Origin: Desulfuromonadales bacterium
Lineage (GTDB): Bacteria; Desulfobacterota; Desulfuromonadia; Desulfuromonadales; JAAXQG01
Direction of reading: 5' to 3'
DNA length: 57,696 nt
Assembly: GCA_012974445.1 (NCBI GenBank)
Contig: JAAXQG010000299.1
Coordinates: forward strand, 1-57,696
The notes under the pieces are model-generated. The model searched no databases, was not told where the DNA came from, and saw only the letters and a list, made by a program, of their open reading frames with translations. Below are positions 8,606-17,569 of this stretch, one piece after another. A program made the position numbers and the translations under genes. Each line of letters opens with the position of its first letter. Positions within the stretch are counted from its first letter, which is position 1.

Positions 8606-10984
8606 CTAACTTGACACAGCATCCCTGGTTACGGAGGTGGCTGTCTCCGTCAAAACTGCCTCAGGTTCCGTCTTCAGCAACAGACGGGCCAGCGCCGGAA
8701 GCAGAAGAATGGCACCGAGCATGTTCATCAGAAACATGAAGGTAAGAAGGATGCCCATGTCGGCCTGAAATTTAAGGGGAGAAAAGATCCAGGTAGCCAC
8801 TCCGATTGCCAGAGTGACTCCGGTAAACACAACCCCGTTTCCGGCGATGGCCAGGGTGTGCAGGTAGGCCTCACGCAGGGACTGCCCTTGTCTCAGGTAA
8901 CCGTTGAGACGACTGAAAATATAGATTCCGTAGTCAACCCCGACACCGACCCCTAAAGCTACCACTGGGAGCGTCGACACCTTGAGCCCGATATCTAGCA
9001 TGCTCATAAGGGCGTAAGACAGAATCGACACCAGCCCCAGGGGCAGAATGATGCACAGCACCGCACGCAGGCAGCGGAATTCATAGAGGCACAGCAGAGA
9101 AACCGCGCCGAAGACATAGAGAAGTATGGGGAACTGGGCTGCTTCAACCTCTTCGTTGGTGGCAGCCATGACGCCAACGTTTCCGGTTGCCAGGCGGAAA
9201 TTCAGCTGATCACTACCGAAATCCTCTCGATAAGACTTCACTTCTGAAACAATTCCGGCAATGGTTTCAGCTTTGTGATCCGTAGTAAAGATCATCACCG
9301 GCATGGCGCTACAGTCGGCATTGAGCAGCCCGCTGCTCGTCGGAACATAACCGACCGCCTGGACCATCGAGGACTGATTGCGCGGCAGGGTTCGCCATTT
9401 CAGGCTGCCCTCGTTCCAACCCGAATTGATGTGCTTGGCGATCCCAGGCAGACTGATAACCGACTGCACCCCCGGAAAATTCTGCATGTGCCATGCAAAG
9501 CGGTCTATCTCGGTCATGATGCCGTAATCGATGCATCCGTCCTTATCAGTTTCGACGATAATCGAGATCAGATCTACCCCGATGGAAAAATGCTCGGTAA
9601 TGACCTCACTGTCGAGGTTGTAACGGGAATCTGTCCGAAGCTCAGGAACACCGCGGTGCATGTCTCCGATCTTGATATCCGCCCCCTTCCAGAGACCGAA
9701 ACCAAGCAGCACAAGAGAAATGGAGACAATCACGATCGCCGGACGTGGCTCCGCGGCGCGTTCAAAGAAAAGCCATACCGGACGTAAGACCTGTATCTGC
9801 TCATCAACACGGCGCCGATAGGCTCTGCCAGGCTTGATCCAGGAGAGCAGGATCGGCAGCAGTATCAGGTTGGTAAGAATGATCACCGCCACCCCGAGGC
9901 TGGCGGTCACAGCCATCTCCTGAATGACCCTGATTTCGATGAGCGAAATGGTGACAAAACCGATAGTATCACTGGCCAGAGCGATAAAACCAGGAATCAG
10001 CAACTGACGAAAACTGGCCCGTGCAGCCTCATTGGTCGGCGTTCCGGAGCGGGTTTCCGCAGCAAAGGCGGTAACCATCTGGATGGCATGACTGACCCCG
10101 ATGGCAAAGATCAGAAATGGAACCAGCAGCCCCATGGGGTCGATGCCATAACCAAGGATGGGCAGCAGGCCAAGCTGCCAGGTCACGGCTACCAGCGAAC
10201 AGCCCAGCGGAATCAGACTTAACACCACAGAGCGGGTATAGAGCAGCACCAGCACAGTTGTGACGACGAAGGCGACAAGGAAGAACAGTACGACGCGCTT
10301 TGCTCCGTCGGCGATATCTCCGATGACCTTGGTAAATCCGATAATATGAACACTGACTTCGTCGTTTTGATATTTTTCGCGAATCTGCTCTTCCAGGCGG
10401 TGGGAGACCTTGATGTAATCCAGTTTCTCACCACTGCCCGGATCGACTTCCAGAAGCTGGGCGCTGATCACCGCGCCGGTAAAATCGTTGGCGACCAGAC
10501 GACCCAGAATTCCTGCCTTGAGGATATTCTTGCGAACTTTTTCAAGCCCTTCCGGGGTCGGTTCAAAGTCAGCCGGGATGACGTTGCCACCGGCGATTCC
10601 GTCCTCGACCACCTCGGTGAAGCGCACATTGGGAGTAAAGAGAGAAGTGACCTGGGCGCGATCAACACCGGGAATGAAAAACAGGTCGTCCGTGGCACGC
10701 TCCAGAGTCTCGAAAAACTCCGGGGTGAAGATGTCCCCCTGCCTGGCCATCAGGGCAATGAGCACCCGGTTGGCACCCCCAAACTCCTTTTGGTGCTCAA
10801 CATAGGTCTGCATGTATTCATGCTGCAGGGGCAGCAGCTTACTGAATCCAGCATCGATGCGCAGATTGGTGGCCGAATAAGCCATGAACAGAGTCACCAG
10901 GATAAAAAATCCGAGCAACAATCGTCGATTATTAAAGATAAGCTTTTCCAGCCCCGTTTTGATCACATCAAGATTCATGAACAT
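8606..10984 (-). CDS. RND/MMPL-family transporter (HpnN-like, 12 TM, no adjacent MFP/OMF genes)
   Basis: 792 aa with two blocks of hydrophobic helices separated by large soluble loops. N-terminus LIFNNRRLLLGFFILVTLFMAYSATNLRIDAGFSKLLP is typical of RND exporter family proteins. Confidence 0.85.
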   Translation of the reverse strand: MFMNLDVIKTGLEKLIFNNRRLLLGFFILVTLFMAYSATNLRIDAGFSKLLPLQHEYMQTYVEHQKEFGGANRVLIALMARQGDIFTPEFFETLERATDDLFFIPGVDRAQVTSLFTPNVRFTEVVEDGIAGGNVIPADFEPTPEGLEKVRKNILKAGILGRLVANDFTGAVISAQLLEVDPGSGEKLDYIKVSHRLEEQIREKYQNDEVSVHIIGFTKVIGDIADGAKRVVLFFLVAFVVTTVLVLLYTRSVVLSLIPLGCSLVAVTWQLGLLPILGYGIDPMGLLVPFLIFAIGVSHAIQMVTAFAAETRSGTPTNEAARASFRQLLIPGFIALASDTIGFVTISLIEIRVIQEMAVTASLGVAVIILTNLILLPILLSWIKPGRAYRRRVDEQIQVLRPVWLFFERAAEPRPAIVIVSISLVLLGFGLWKGADIKIGDMHRGVPELRTDSRYNLDSEVITEHFSIGVDLISIIVETDKDGCIDYGIMTEIDRFAWHMQNFPGVQSVISLPGIAKHINSGWNEGSLKWRTLPRNQSSMVQAVGYVPTSSGLLNADCSAMPVMIFTTDHKAETIAGIVSEVKSYREDFGSDQLNFRLATGNVGVMAATNEEVEAAQFPILLYVFGAVSLLCLYEFRCLRAVLCIILPLGLVSILSYALMSMLDIGLKVSTLPVVALGVGVGVDYGIYIFSRLNGYLRQGQSLREAYLHTLAIAGNGVVFTGVTLAIGVATWIFSPLKFQADMGILLTFMFLMNMLGAILLLPALARLLLKTEPEAVLTETATSVTRDAVSS

Positions 10985-10995
10985 CTCCAGCTAAG

Positions 10996-11979
10996 CTACC
11001 GGGTTGAAATGACCTGGGTTTGAGGAATGCCTGTCACGCCAAAATCACCCACGGCGACCAGATCTCCACCATCGGTCTGCACCAGTCTGCTGAACCCCCT
11101 TCGATTCGCATCCTGATGCAGTTCGAAGCTGCGTCCTTCATCCCGGCTGCTTAGCAATGCCCCGGCCAGACCGGCCAAAACCAGGGTCCCGTCATCCAGG
11201 CGAACGCCATCGGTCAGGCTCGACTGCGTTGGCGTCGGGATCTGCTCCCAGCTATCGCCGCCGTCATCTGAGCGGAATAGATTTCCACGCAGGCCATAGA
11301 CGAGCAGGCTGTTCTGCGCCAGAGGCAGAATGCCGAAAAAAGAGCCCTCATAATCTGGAGGCACAGCGTTCCAGTTTTTTCCGCCATCATCCGAGACGTA
11401 GACATATCCGGCTTCTGCAGCAATAAAGAGTTTATTCTCACCGACGGCGCTGATCTTATTCAGATGAAAATCGTCTTCACTGATCCAGCGATTCTCCCAG
11501 CTGCTTCCCGCATCGAAGGTCTCAAGAAACTGGCCGTAAGCACCGACGGCGTAGCCATGCTCGGCATCGAGAAAATAAACATCCAGGAGCGGGCTTTGCT
11601 CTTCAATATTCTGATGAACCAGCTCCCAGCTCTGCCCGCCATCCTCTGTACGAAGAATGACCTGATCGTGACCGACCACCCAGCCTCTGTTCCGGTCGAT
11701 GAAATGAACAGCGGTCAGTGTTGCCCTCGTGGGCACCCGGGCCTGGTTCCAGCTGCTGCCGCCATCCTCGCTGATCAGGATATGTCCGCGTTCGCCGACG
11801 GCGATCAGGGCGTTGTCCACCGCCTGAAGATCCAGCAGCAGAGAACGGGTTGCCAGCGGCGCGATAACCGAACTTTCGCCGCCCATCGCCAGGGGGACAA
11901 AGCCCCAGAAAAGCAGCAGGAGTACCAAGCCGATCCGCTTAAAAAGTGAATATGCTGAATAATTGCCCATCATATCCAT
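10996..11979 (-). CDS. secreted BNR-repeat / Ycf48-like beta-propeller protein
   Basis: Six Sx[DE]xGxx[WF] repeats (SEDGGSSW, TEDGGQSW, FDAGSSW, SDDGGKNW, SDDGGDSW, SRDEGRSF); hydrophobic signal sequence. The start is uncertain (ATG 11979/11973/11970). The track extension to 12033 overlaps a terminator, so it was trimmed. Confidence 0.75.
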   Translation of the reverse strand: MDMMGNYSAYSLFKRIGLVLLLLFWGFVPLAMGGESSVIAPLATRSLLLDLQAVDNALIAVGERGHILISEDGGSSWNQARVPTRATLTAVHFIDRNRGWVVGHDQVILRTEDGGQSWELVHQNIEEQSPLLDVYFLDAEHGYAVGAYGQFLETFDAGSSWENRWISEDDFHLNKISAVGENKLFIAAEAGYVYVSDDGGKNWNAVPPDYEGSFFGILPLAQNSLLVYGLRGNLFRSDDGGDSWEQIPTPTQSSLTDGVRLDDGTLVLAGLAGALLSSRDEGRSFELHQDANRRGFSRLVQTDGGDLVAVGDFGVTGIPQTQVISTR

Positions 11980-12023
11980 CCATTTCAGAAATTGTCTCTC
12001 ACAAACACAGCAGAGCCGGTGAG

Positions 12024-12064
12024 AAAAAAACAACGACCGGAACCTCTATGCCGGCCGGTCGTTG
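12024..12064 (-). terminator. rho-independent terminator after the DUF1329 gene
   Basis: Perfect 10-bp stem caacgaccgg (12031-12040) / ccggtcgttg (12055-12064) with a 14-nt loop. It is followed on the minus strand by a 7-U run (plus-strand A-run 12024-12030). Confidence 0.7.
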
Positions 12065-12086
12065 TGTCGAGAGTCTGACAGCAGGA

Positions 12087-13448
12087 TTAACGCCGACCCG
12101 CTCGCCGCAGCGCGCCTGGAGAATAGTCATTCAGCGTTCGCTTGATATCAAAATCGTACATATCGTTTTCGTTATCCAGCCCTATGGCTATATAGCGGCC
12201 GGACTGAAGATCTGTGTGAACCTCCAGAGTGGTCCATAAGGTCGGCACCTCGTAATAATTGATGGGATGCCCTTCGGAGACGCGCCACAGCTGGTCTCTA
12301 TTATCGTAAATATCGACGGATAGGATCTGCCAGCTGTCCTCGTCGATGTAGAAGGTGCGACGCTTGTAGAGATGCCGCTCCCCCTCTTTCAGGGTGGCTT
12401 CCACGACCCAGACCCGGTGCAGCTCGTAGCGAAGGTGCTCGGGGTTGACGTGCAGGGGGGTGAGGATGTCCTTGTACTTGAGCGAGTCGCTGTGGAGCTT
12501 GTAGGAGTTGTAGGGAACGTAGATCTCCTTTTTCCCCGCCAGTTTCCAGTCGTAGCGATCGGTGGCGCCGTTGAACATGTCAAACTGATCGTTGGTGCGG
12601 ATGCCGTCCGAGGCAGTGCCTGGGTTGTCGTAGGAAACGTTCGGGGCTCTTCTAACCCTTCTTTGCCCGGGATTATAAACCCAGGCGGCCCTGGGCTCCT
12701 TGATCTGATCCAGAGTTTCATGAACCAGCAGGATGTTTCCAGCCAGACGGGCCGGCGAAGTAACAACCTGCTTGAAAAGAAGGATTTTATTGTCCAGTTT
12801 CTCTTCAGTCATACCTTCGGCGGCGTATATAAGATTGAACTCATCATCAAATTTCACCAGGGTATAGTCACCATCTCGAGTCAGGGCTGCCTGGGCAATT
12901 TTCCTCACTGCCAGCTCGCCGCGGTAACGCAACAAATGGTTCCAGATCACCTCGATGCCCATTTGGGGGATCGGAAACGGGATACCGTTGACGGTTCCCT
13001 TGACTCCGTCACCCTCGTTGACCAGTTCCGCAGTCGTTGCGGACTTGCGGGTGGCTTCATAGATTCGTTGCGGGGATGAGGCGCTGCGGCGGGTCGGGTA
13101 GATATTCATGAAAAAGCTCGGATAGGCCTTCAGCATCGCCTGATGCCCCGCTGAGAGCTTGTCGGCGTGTTGCGACATATTCTCGCCAGTGATCTTCACC
13201 ACAGGTTTGTCATCGGCGAATGGATCAAGATGATGATCCCCCTTTTTGTAGCCCGCAGGGGGCTCGGTGATCCCACCTTCCCAGGAGGGGATCGTGCCTT
13301 CGGAATTTCCGGCCTTCTCTGCCCCAACGAGGGTGAGATCGTTGCCCAGTCGGGAGATCTCTTCAGGTGACAGCTTTGCCCAGCTCAAAGACGAGGTAAC
13401 GAGCAGCATCAGGGTGACACCGATGACAATAGATGATTTCAGATACAT
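12087..13448 (-). CDS. DUF1329 family protein (LolA-like outer-membrane lipoprotein-sorting fold; AupB-like)
   Basis: Signal peptide, then LGNDLTLVGAEKAGNSEGTIPSWEGG, which is characteristic of DUF1329. RBS AGGGAGA 6 nt upstream. Sits directly downstream of the DUF1302 gene. Confidence 0.85.
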   Translation of the reverse strand: MYLKSSIVIGVTLMLLVTSSLSWAKLSPEEISRLGNDLTLVGAEKAGNSEGTIPSWEGGITEPPAGYKKGDHHLDPFADDKPVVKITGENMSQHADKLSAGHQAMLKAYPSFFMNIYPTRRSASSPQRIYEATRKSATTAELVNEGDGVKGTVNGIPFPIPQMGIEVIWNHLLRYRGELAVRKIAQAALTRDGDYTLVKFDDEFNLIYAAEGMTEEKLDNKILLFKQVVTSPARLAGNILLVHETLDQIKEPRAAWVYNPGQRRVRRAPNVSYDNPGTASDGIRTNDQFDMFNGATDRYDWKLAGKKEIYVPYNSYKLHSDSLKYKDILTPLHVNPEHLRYELHRVWVVEATLKEGERHLYKRRTFYIDEDSWQILSVDIYDNRDQLWRVSEGHPINYYEVPTLWTTLEVHTDLQSGRYIAIGLDNENDMYDFDIKRTLNDYSPGALRRAGRR

Positions 13449-13465
13449 ATGAATCTCCCTGTCGA

Positions 13466-15298
13466 CTAGAATGAATATTTGATATTGGCAGCCACAACAT
13501 CACGGTCATTAATCAGGTTGTAACGACCGGCCCCGAAGAAATTGGTGTAACTCAGATCGGCGGTCCAGCTGTTGAGGTAATTGGCGCCAATGCCCAGGGT
13601 TACCGCCTTGCGATCTTCAACGAAGTTAGTCCCCGGCCCCGGAGTGGTGCCATCGACGTCATGCTGCCAGGCAATCCGTGGCGAAAGGGTAACAGCGCCG
13701 ATGGCGTTGTTGTAGTCAAGCTTGCCGACCAGGCGATATCCCCAGGAGGTAGCGTCGGCAAACCGGGCAGAGGACTCGACCTCACCGAAGTGGAAAGCGG
13801 CCAGGTTCGCGTTGCCACTGACGGGGGTGCCGGGGCCGTTGAGGCGCAGTTCGCTCTTGTCAGGCATGTCGTGGACCTGGGTGAGGCCGACCTCTCCTAG
13901 CAGGACAAACTGGTTGGCACCCAGGGTCGGGCCGAAGAGTTTGGTCGCCGTCGACTGAACCTGGGTCACATTGCGCCTGATGAAGCCGGGAATTTCGGTC
14001 TCGAAGGGGATGAGCCCCATCTGGCCGAATTGCCCCAGGGCGGCCACGGGGGTGTTGCCGGGGCTCAGGTTGTCGATGGACGAGAGTGCTGCGAAGATCA
14101 GCTCGATGTCATCGACCTGCAAAGGAACGTCACGGCGGTGGGAGACCTCCCCCTGAAGGGCGATGCCGGTGGCATTGAGTAGGGTGTTGAAGCTGAACCC
14201 GAAGAGCTTGATGTCTTCGGGGTAGCTAATGAAGTAGCGGGCGGTCTCTGCGTAGCTTCTTCCCTGAGGGTCGACGCCCGCTGCTGCGGCGGCGGTGCCG
14301 GTCTTGGCGTTGATGATGGGCAGACGGCTGTGATAGTTCATATAGTAGAAGCCGAATTCGGTGTCGTTAAACCAGGGAGCGTAGAGGCGAAGAGCCAGGC
14401 CGTACTGACCGCTGTCCGAGGCCTCCCGGTTGAGAGCCCGTGAGACGACCGCCCCCTGCCCTTTCTCATCGGTAAAGCTGATGGGAATGTTGTCGGGCGC
14501 ATCGCCGAAACCGAGCATGACCCGGCTGCCCCCTTCACCGACAAAGTCGTTGGTGCTCCAGTAGGAACCGGGCGGGTCGATGACCGTCTCTTTCCAGTCG
14601 TAGAGATAAAAGGCTTCGACGGTGGTGTTCTCGGTGGGACCGATGGAGCCCCAGAGCATCCCTTCGGGGATCAGAGCCTCTTTCAATTCGGCACCCGGCA
14701 GACGGATGGCGCTGACGTTGACCGGATTGATGGTATTGATGCTGTTCTGAATAAAGGTACTCTCCCCCCAGCTGATCACCTGCTCTCCGATGCGGATCTG
14801 CATCGGCATATCCCCCAGGTCGAAGGATGCATGGGCATAAGCATCGAGAAGTTTCGTATCGCTGCCCACCAGATCAAGGGCTTCACTGGTCAGGGGGGCA
14901 TTATCGCGATCACCGTCTTTATTTTCGATGTCGTAAAAGGTGCTGCCACGAAGAAAGATACCCACATCACGGTAGTTCATCTCCAGCTCAGAGGTGAGTT
15001 TAAAAACATTACTCACCAGCCCCTTATCGTAATTCAGATTTCCATCATCATAGTTGACGGAGCGTGCAGAGCCGCCCGCGGCTGTCCCGATCAGCCTTGA
15101 ATCCTGATCGGCAACCCGCCAGGTCGCACCGTAGGAAAGGGTCGTATCCAGACTGCCGGTCAGGTCCCCTTGCCCGAACTGGAATGCCGGGGCCGTAGAT
15201 GCCAGCAGCGCCGGCAGTACGACTGCCGATAAAACCACCGCTCCGGCGCGCGAAGCCGACGACGATGCCACAAAATCTTTGATTGCTTTAATTGTCAT
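13466..15298 (-). CDS. DUF1302 family predicted outer-membrane beta-barrel (AupA-like)
   Basis: Signal peptide ending APAFQ, then GSLDTTLSYGATWRV. Alternating beta-strand pattern with a C-terminal aromatic residue (IKYSF). Start trimmed from TTG at 15319 to ATG at 15298 (RBS AAGGGGG). Confidence 0.85.
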   Translation of the reverse strand: MTIKAIKDFVASSSASRAGAVVLSAVVLPALLASTAPAFQFGQGDLTGSLDTTLSYGATWRVADQDSRLIGTAAGGSARSVNYDDGNLNYDKGLVSNVFKLTSELEMNYRDVGIFLRGSTFYDIENKDGDRDNAPLTSEALDLVGSDTKLLDAYAHASFDLGDMPMQIRIGEQVISWGESTFIQNSINTINPVNVSAIRLPGAELKEALIPEGMLWGSIGPTENTTVEAFYLYDWKETVIDPPGSYWSTNDFVGEGGSRVMLGFGDAPDNIPISFTDEKGQGAVVSRALNREASDSGQYGLALRLYAPWFNDTEFGFYYMNYHSRLPIINAKTGTAAAAAGVDPQGRSYAETARYFISYPEDIKLFGFSFNTLLNATGIALQGEVSHRRDVPLQVDDIELIFAALSSIDNLSPGNTPVAALGQFGQMGLIPFETEIPGFIRRNVTQVQSTATKLFGPTLGANQFVLLGEVGLTQVHDMPDKSELRLNGPGTPVSGNANLAAFHFGEVESSARFADATSWGYRLVGKLDYNNAIGAVTLSPRIAWQHDVDGTTPGPGTNFVEDRKAVTLGIGANYLNSWTADLSYTNFFGAGRYNLINDRDVVAANIKYSF

Positions 15299-15328
15299 AT
15301 CTACCCCCTTGGGCAACAAAATAAATTC

Positions 15329-15354
15329 GATTTATCGCAAAGATTTATCGCAAA
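15329..15354. repeat. perfect 13-nt tandem direct repeat upstream of the DUF1302 gene
   Basis: gatttatcgcaaa occurs at 15329-15341 and again at 15342-15354. This is 31-56 nt upstream of the ATG at 15298 on the minus strand. Confidence 0.8.
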
Positions 15355-15496
15355 ACTTGTGAACTCTCGGCGTAACTATTCAGTCAATGCTCACTGCCAG
15401 TATTGTGTCTTCTCCTCCCCCTTGAAGGGGAGGGAGATTGGCCAAAAATAGGAATCTGGACAACGTGCTGAACAGTTACACTTGTTACCTCTCGAA

Positions 15497-17569
15497 TTAT
15501 TCCAGAACCGTCTCGTCGATAACGGCAACCTGCCCGCCATCCGTTGCGAGGAAGGTCGCCATGGCGTTCTGCATGACTGATGTCACAAGAGAATCAGCCT
15601 CCGGATCGAGGATCGATTTGTGGTCTCCAGAGACAAAGCGTAATTGCGCCTTGAGGTCGGTCCCTGTAGTAGACGTACCCAGCACCTGAAGTCCCATGAA
15701 CGCTGCAAGAGGATCGGTACCAGCTAAGGGCGAGCGGACCGTCCCTGCCGGAGCAGCAGCCATGACATTGTTCGGCACCACCTGATCACCGAGCACCTCG
15801 AAGAGCAGAACTCCCCTGCCCGCTGCTACAGCTGCGGCATAGTTGATCGGATCGGCTGAGTCGATGACCGTCTGGGCCGCGCCCAGAAAACTTTCGTAGT
15901 CTGCCGAGCCCTTGATCACCCCTTTAGCACCCAGTCCTGCTGCGATCCTGGGCCCGAAACTGGCGGAGCCGTCGAGCAGCTTGGCGATGCCACCGCCGGC
16001 CATACCGAGGGTAGCGTCCTTGACCTCCGGCTCAAGAGCCAGAAAGACCGAACCGACCATGGCACCCAGAGAGTGACCGACGAAGTAGATGTTACCGGTA
16101 TCAAAGTCGACACCGCCCCCGTTGTAATCCATAGTCGTCAGTGACGCCTTGAGAGCGAAGAGATCCGCCACGGCCTGACGGACGTTGTCCCGTGTTGTAA
16201 GCAGGCTGGAGAGGTTGATGAAATGGGTGCCTGAGGAGTCGGCGCCATCCGGTGCTTCACCGCCGGCGAAATCGAGAGGGGCTCCGGTGGTGGTGTTGAC
16301 CAGGTCGAGATCGAAGGTCCGTTCAATGCCCGAATACAGGGGAGAGGTAGAATCCAGGCCGTGCAGCGGCATGTCAATGGCCACGGCCGCGAAGCCCGCT
16401 GCAGCCAGGGCGTCTGCTGCGGCCAGCACGGCTGTCCTGTCGCTTGTGATGCCGTGCTGGAAGATGACTGTCTTCCAGCCACCGACCGGCTTGCTGTGAC
16501 CGCTGGAGGCATTAGGAACGCTGACCAGCAGCGGTACGGTTTCATTGCTGGTAACCACCGGAGTGGCCGTGCCGCCGGGAATCATCAAACCGTTGGGGTC
16601 GAGAGCCGTAAGATTTGTACCTCCAGCTCCAGTCCAGAACCTGGTCAGAGGGTCGGTGGGAAGGCCGTTAGCATCGGGGGTGTCGGCATTGGTGAGATAA
16701 TAGGGCAGCGTAAGACTGCCAACAAACGCATCGGCGATCCCGGGACCTGCGCCAAGCAGTTGGGCGGTGGTACCGACGCTCATCGGGTTAATCACGGAGG
16801 TACCGACGGCAATGTCCCTCGCTTTATTCAGGACGACGCCCGCAGACTGCGTGCTGAAGGTCCAGCTGAGGATGACGGTACCGGTATCTACTCCAGCCCC
16901 GGCCAAGGCCGCCTCCTGAGCATTCACCAGTAGTCTCACGGGCTCCAGGGCCTCAGCGGCTGTACCGGTGAGGTCGTTGGGGGTTTTGGCGATCATGTAA
17001 TGGGCCGAAACCTGGGGATCCTTACCTCCGGCCCCCTTGATGCCGTCGGAAAGCATCACAAGATAACTGGTGCTAAGCTTCAGGGGTGCAGTGGGCAGGA
17101 TAACAAGGGTAGAACCCGTGTCATCCACCGACGAAAGGGTGGCCAGGAATTCGACTCTGAAAACAAGCTCCCGGGTGATGCTTGTAACTGCGCCGCCGAT
17201 GCCCGAGAGGGCCACTTCAAAGACTCTTACGGAAGAAGAGGTCAAACTGGCCGGATCGATGGCGCTGCTGAAGCTGGTACTGATGGGAGCGACGGTGGAA
17301 AAACCATCCAGCGCGTTCATGGCTACCTTGGGATCCGAGAAGTCGGTCTCATCCTCGACGGGGATGTTCAGGGTTCCGTCCAGACTGTCTTTGTAAAGCA
17401 GGTTGTTGGGGAAGGGCAGAATAGGACTTGGCTTTGCCGTAAGATCCAGATAGGAGGTAAAGCCCTCCCTGTCCAGCTTGAGTTCTTCTGCAACGTCCTC
17501 ATTGCCGCCGCCGCAGGCCGTCAGCAGAAAAAACGCCGAGAAAGTTAACAACCAGAATACCCTGTACAT
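15497..17569 (-). CDS. lipoprotein lipase / lysophospholipase (N-terminal bacterial-lipase domain plus alpha/beta hydrolase; VolA-like)
   Basis: Lipobox FFLLTAC|GGG; nucleophile elbow VGHSLGAM in the C-terminal half. Start trimmed to ATG at 17569, which has AGGAGG 8 nt upstream. Confidence 0.8.
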   Translation of the reverse strand: MYRVFWLLTFSAFFLLTACGGGNEDVAEELKLDREGFTSYLDLTAKPSPILPFPNNLLYKDSLDGTLNIPVEDETDFSDPKVAMNALDGFSTVAPISTSFSSAIDPASLTSSSVRVFEVALSGIGGAVTSITRELVFRVEFLATLSSVDDTGSTLVILPTAPLKLSTSYLVMLSDGIKGAGGKDPQVSAHYMIAKTPNDLTGTAAEALEPVRLLVNAQEAALAGAGVDTGTVILSWTFSTQSAGVVLNKARDIAVGTSVINPMSVGTTAQLLGAGPGIADAFVGSLTLPYYLTNADTPDANGLPTDPLTRFWTGAGGTNLTALDPNGLMIPGGTATPVVTSNETVPLLVSVPNASSGHSKPVGGWKTVIFQHGITSDRTAVLAAADALAAAGFAAVAIDMPLHGLDSTSPLYSGIERTFDLDLVNTTTGAPLDFAGGEAPDGADSSGTHFINLSSLLTTRDNVRQAVADLFALKASLTTMDYNGGGVDFDTGNIYFVGHSLGAMVGSVFLALEPEVKDATLGMAGGGIAKLLDGSASFGPRIAAGLGAKGVIKGSADYESFLGAAQTVIDSADPINYAAAVAAGRGVLLFEVLGDQVVPNNVMAAAPAGTVRSPLAGTDPLAAFMGLQVLGTSTTGTDLKAQLRFVSGDHKSILDPEADSLVTSVMQNAMATFLATDGGQVAVIDETVLE

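Noticed and set aside
15409-15438. C-run/G-run hairpin (ctcctcccc cttgaa ggggaggg) between the lipase and DUF1302 genes, as a possible terminator
   Set aside because: No U-tract follows it on either strand, and the stem needs a bulge. It is possibly structural, but not supportable as a terminator.
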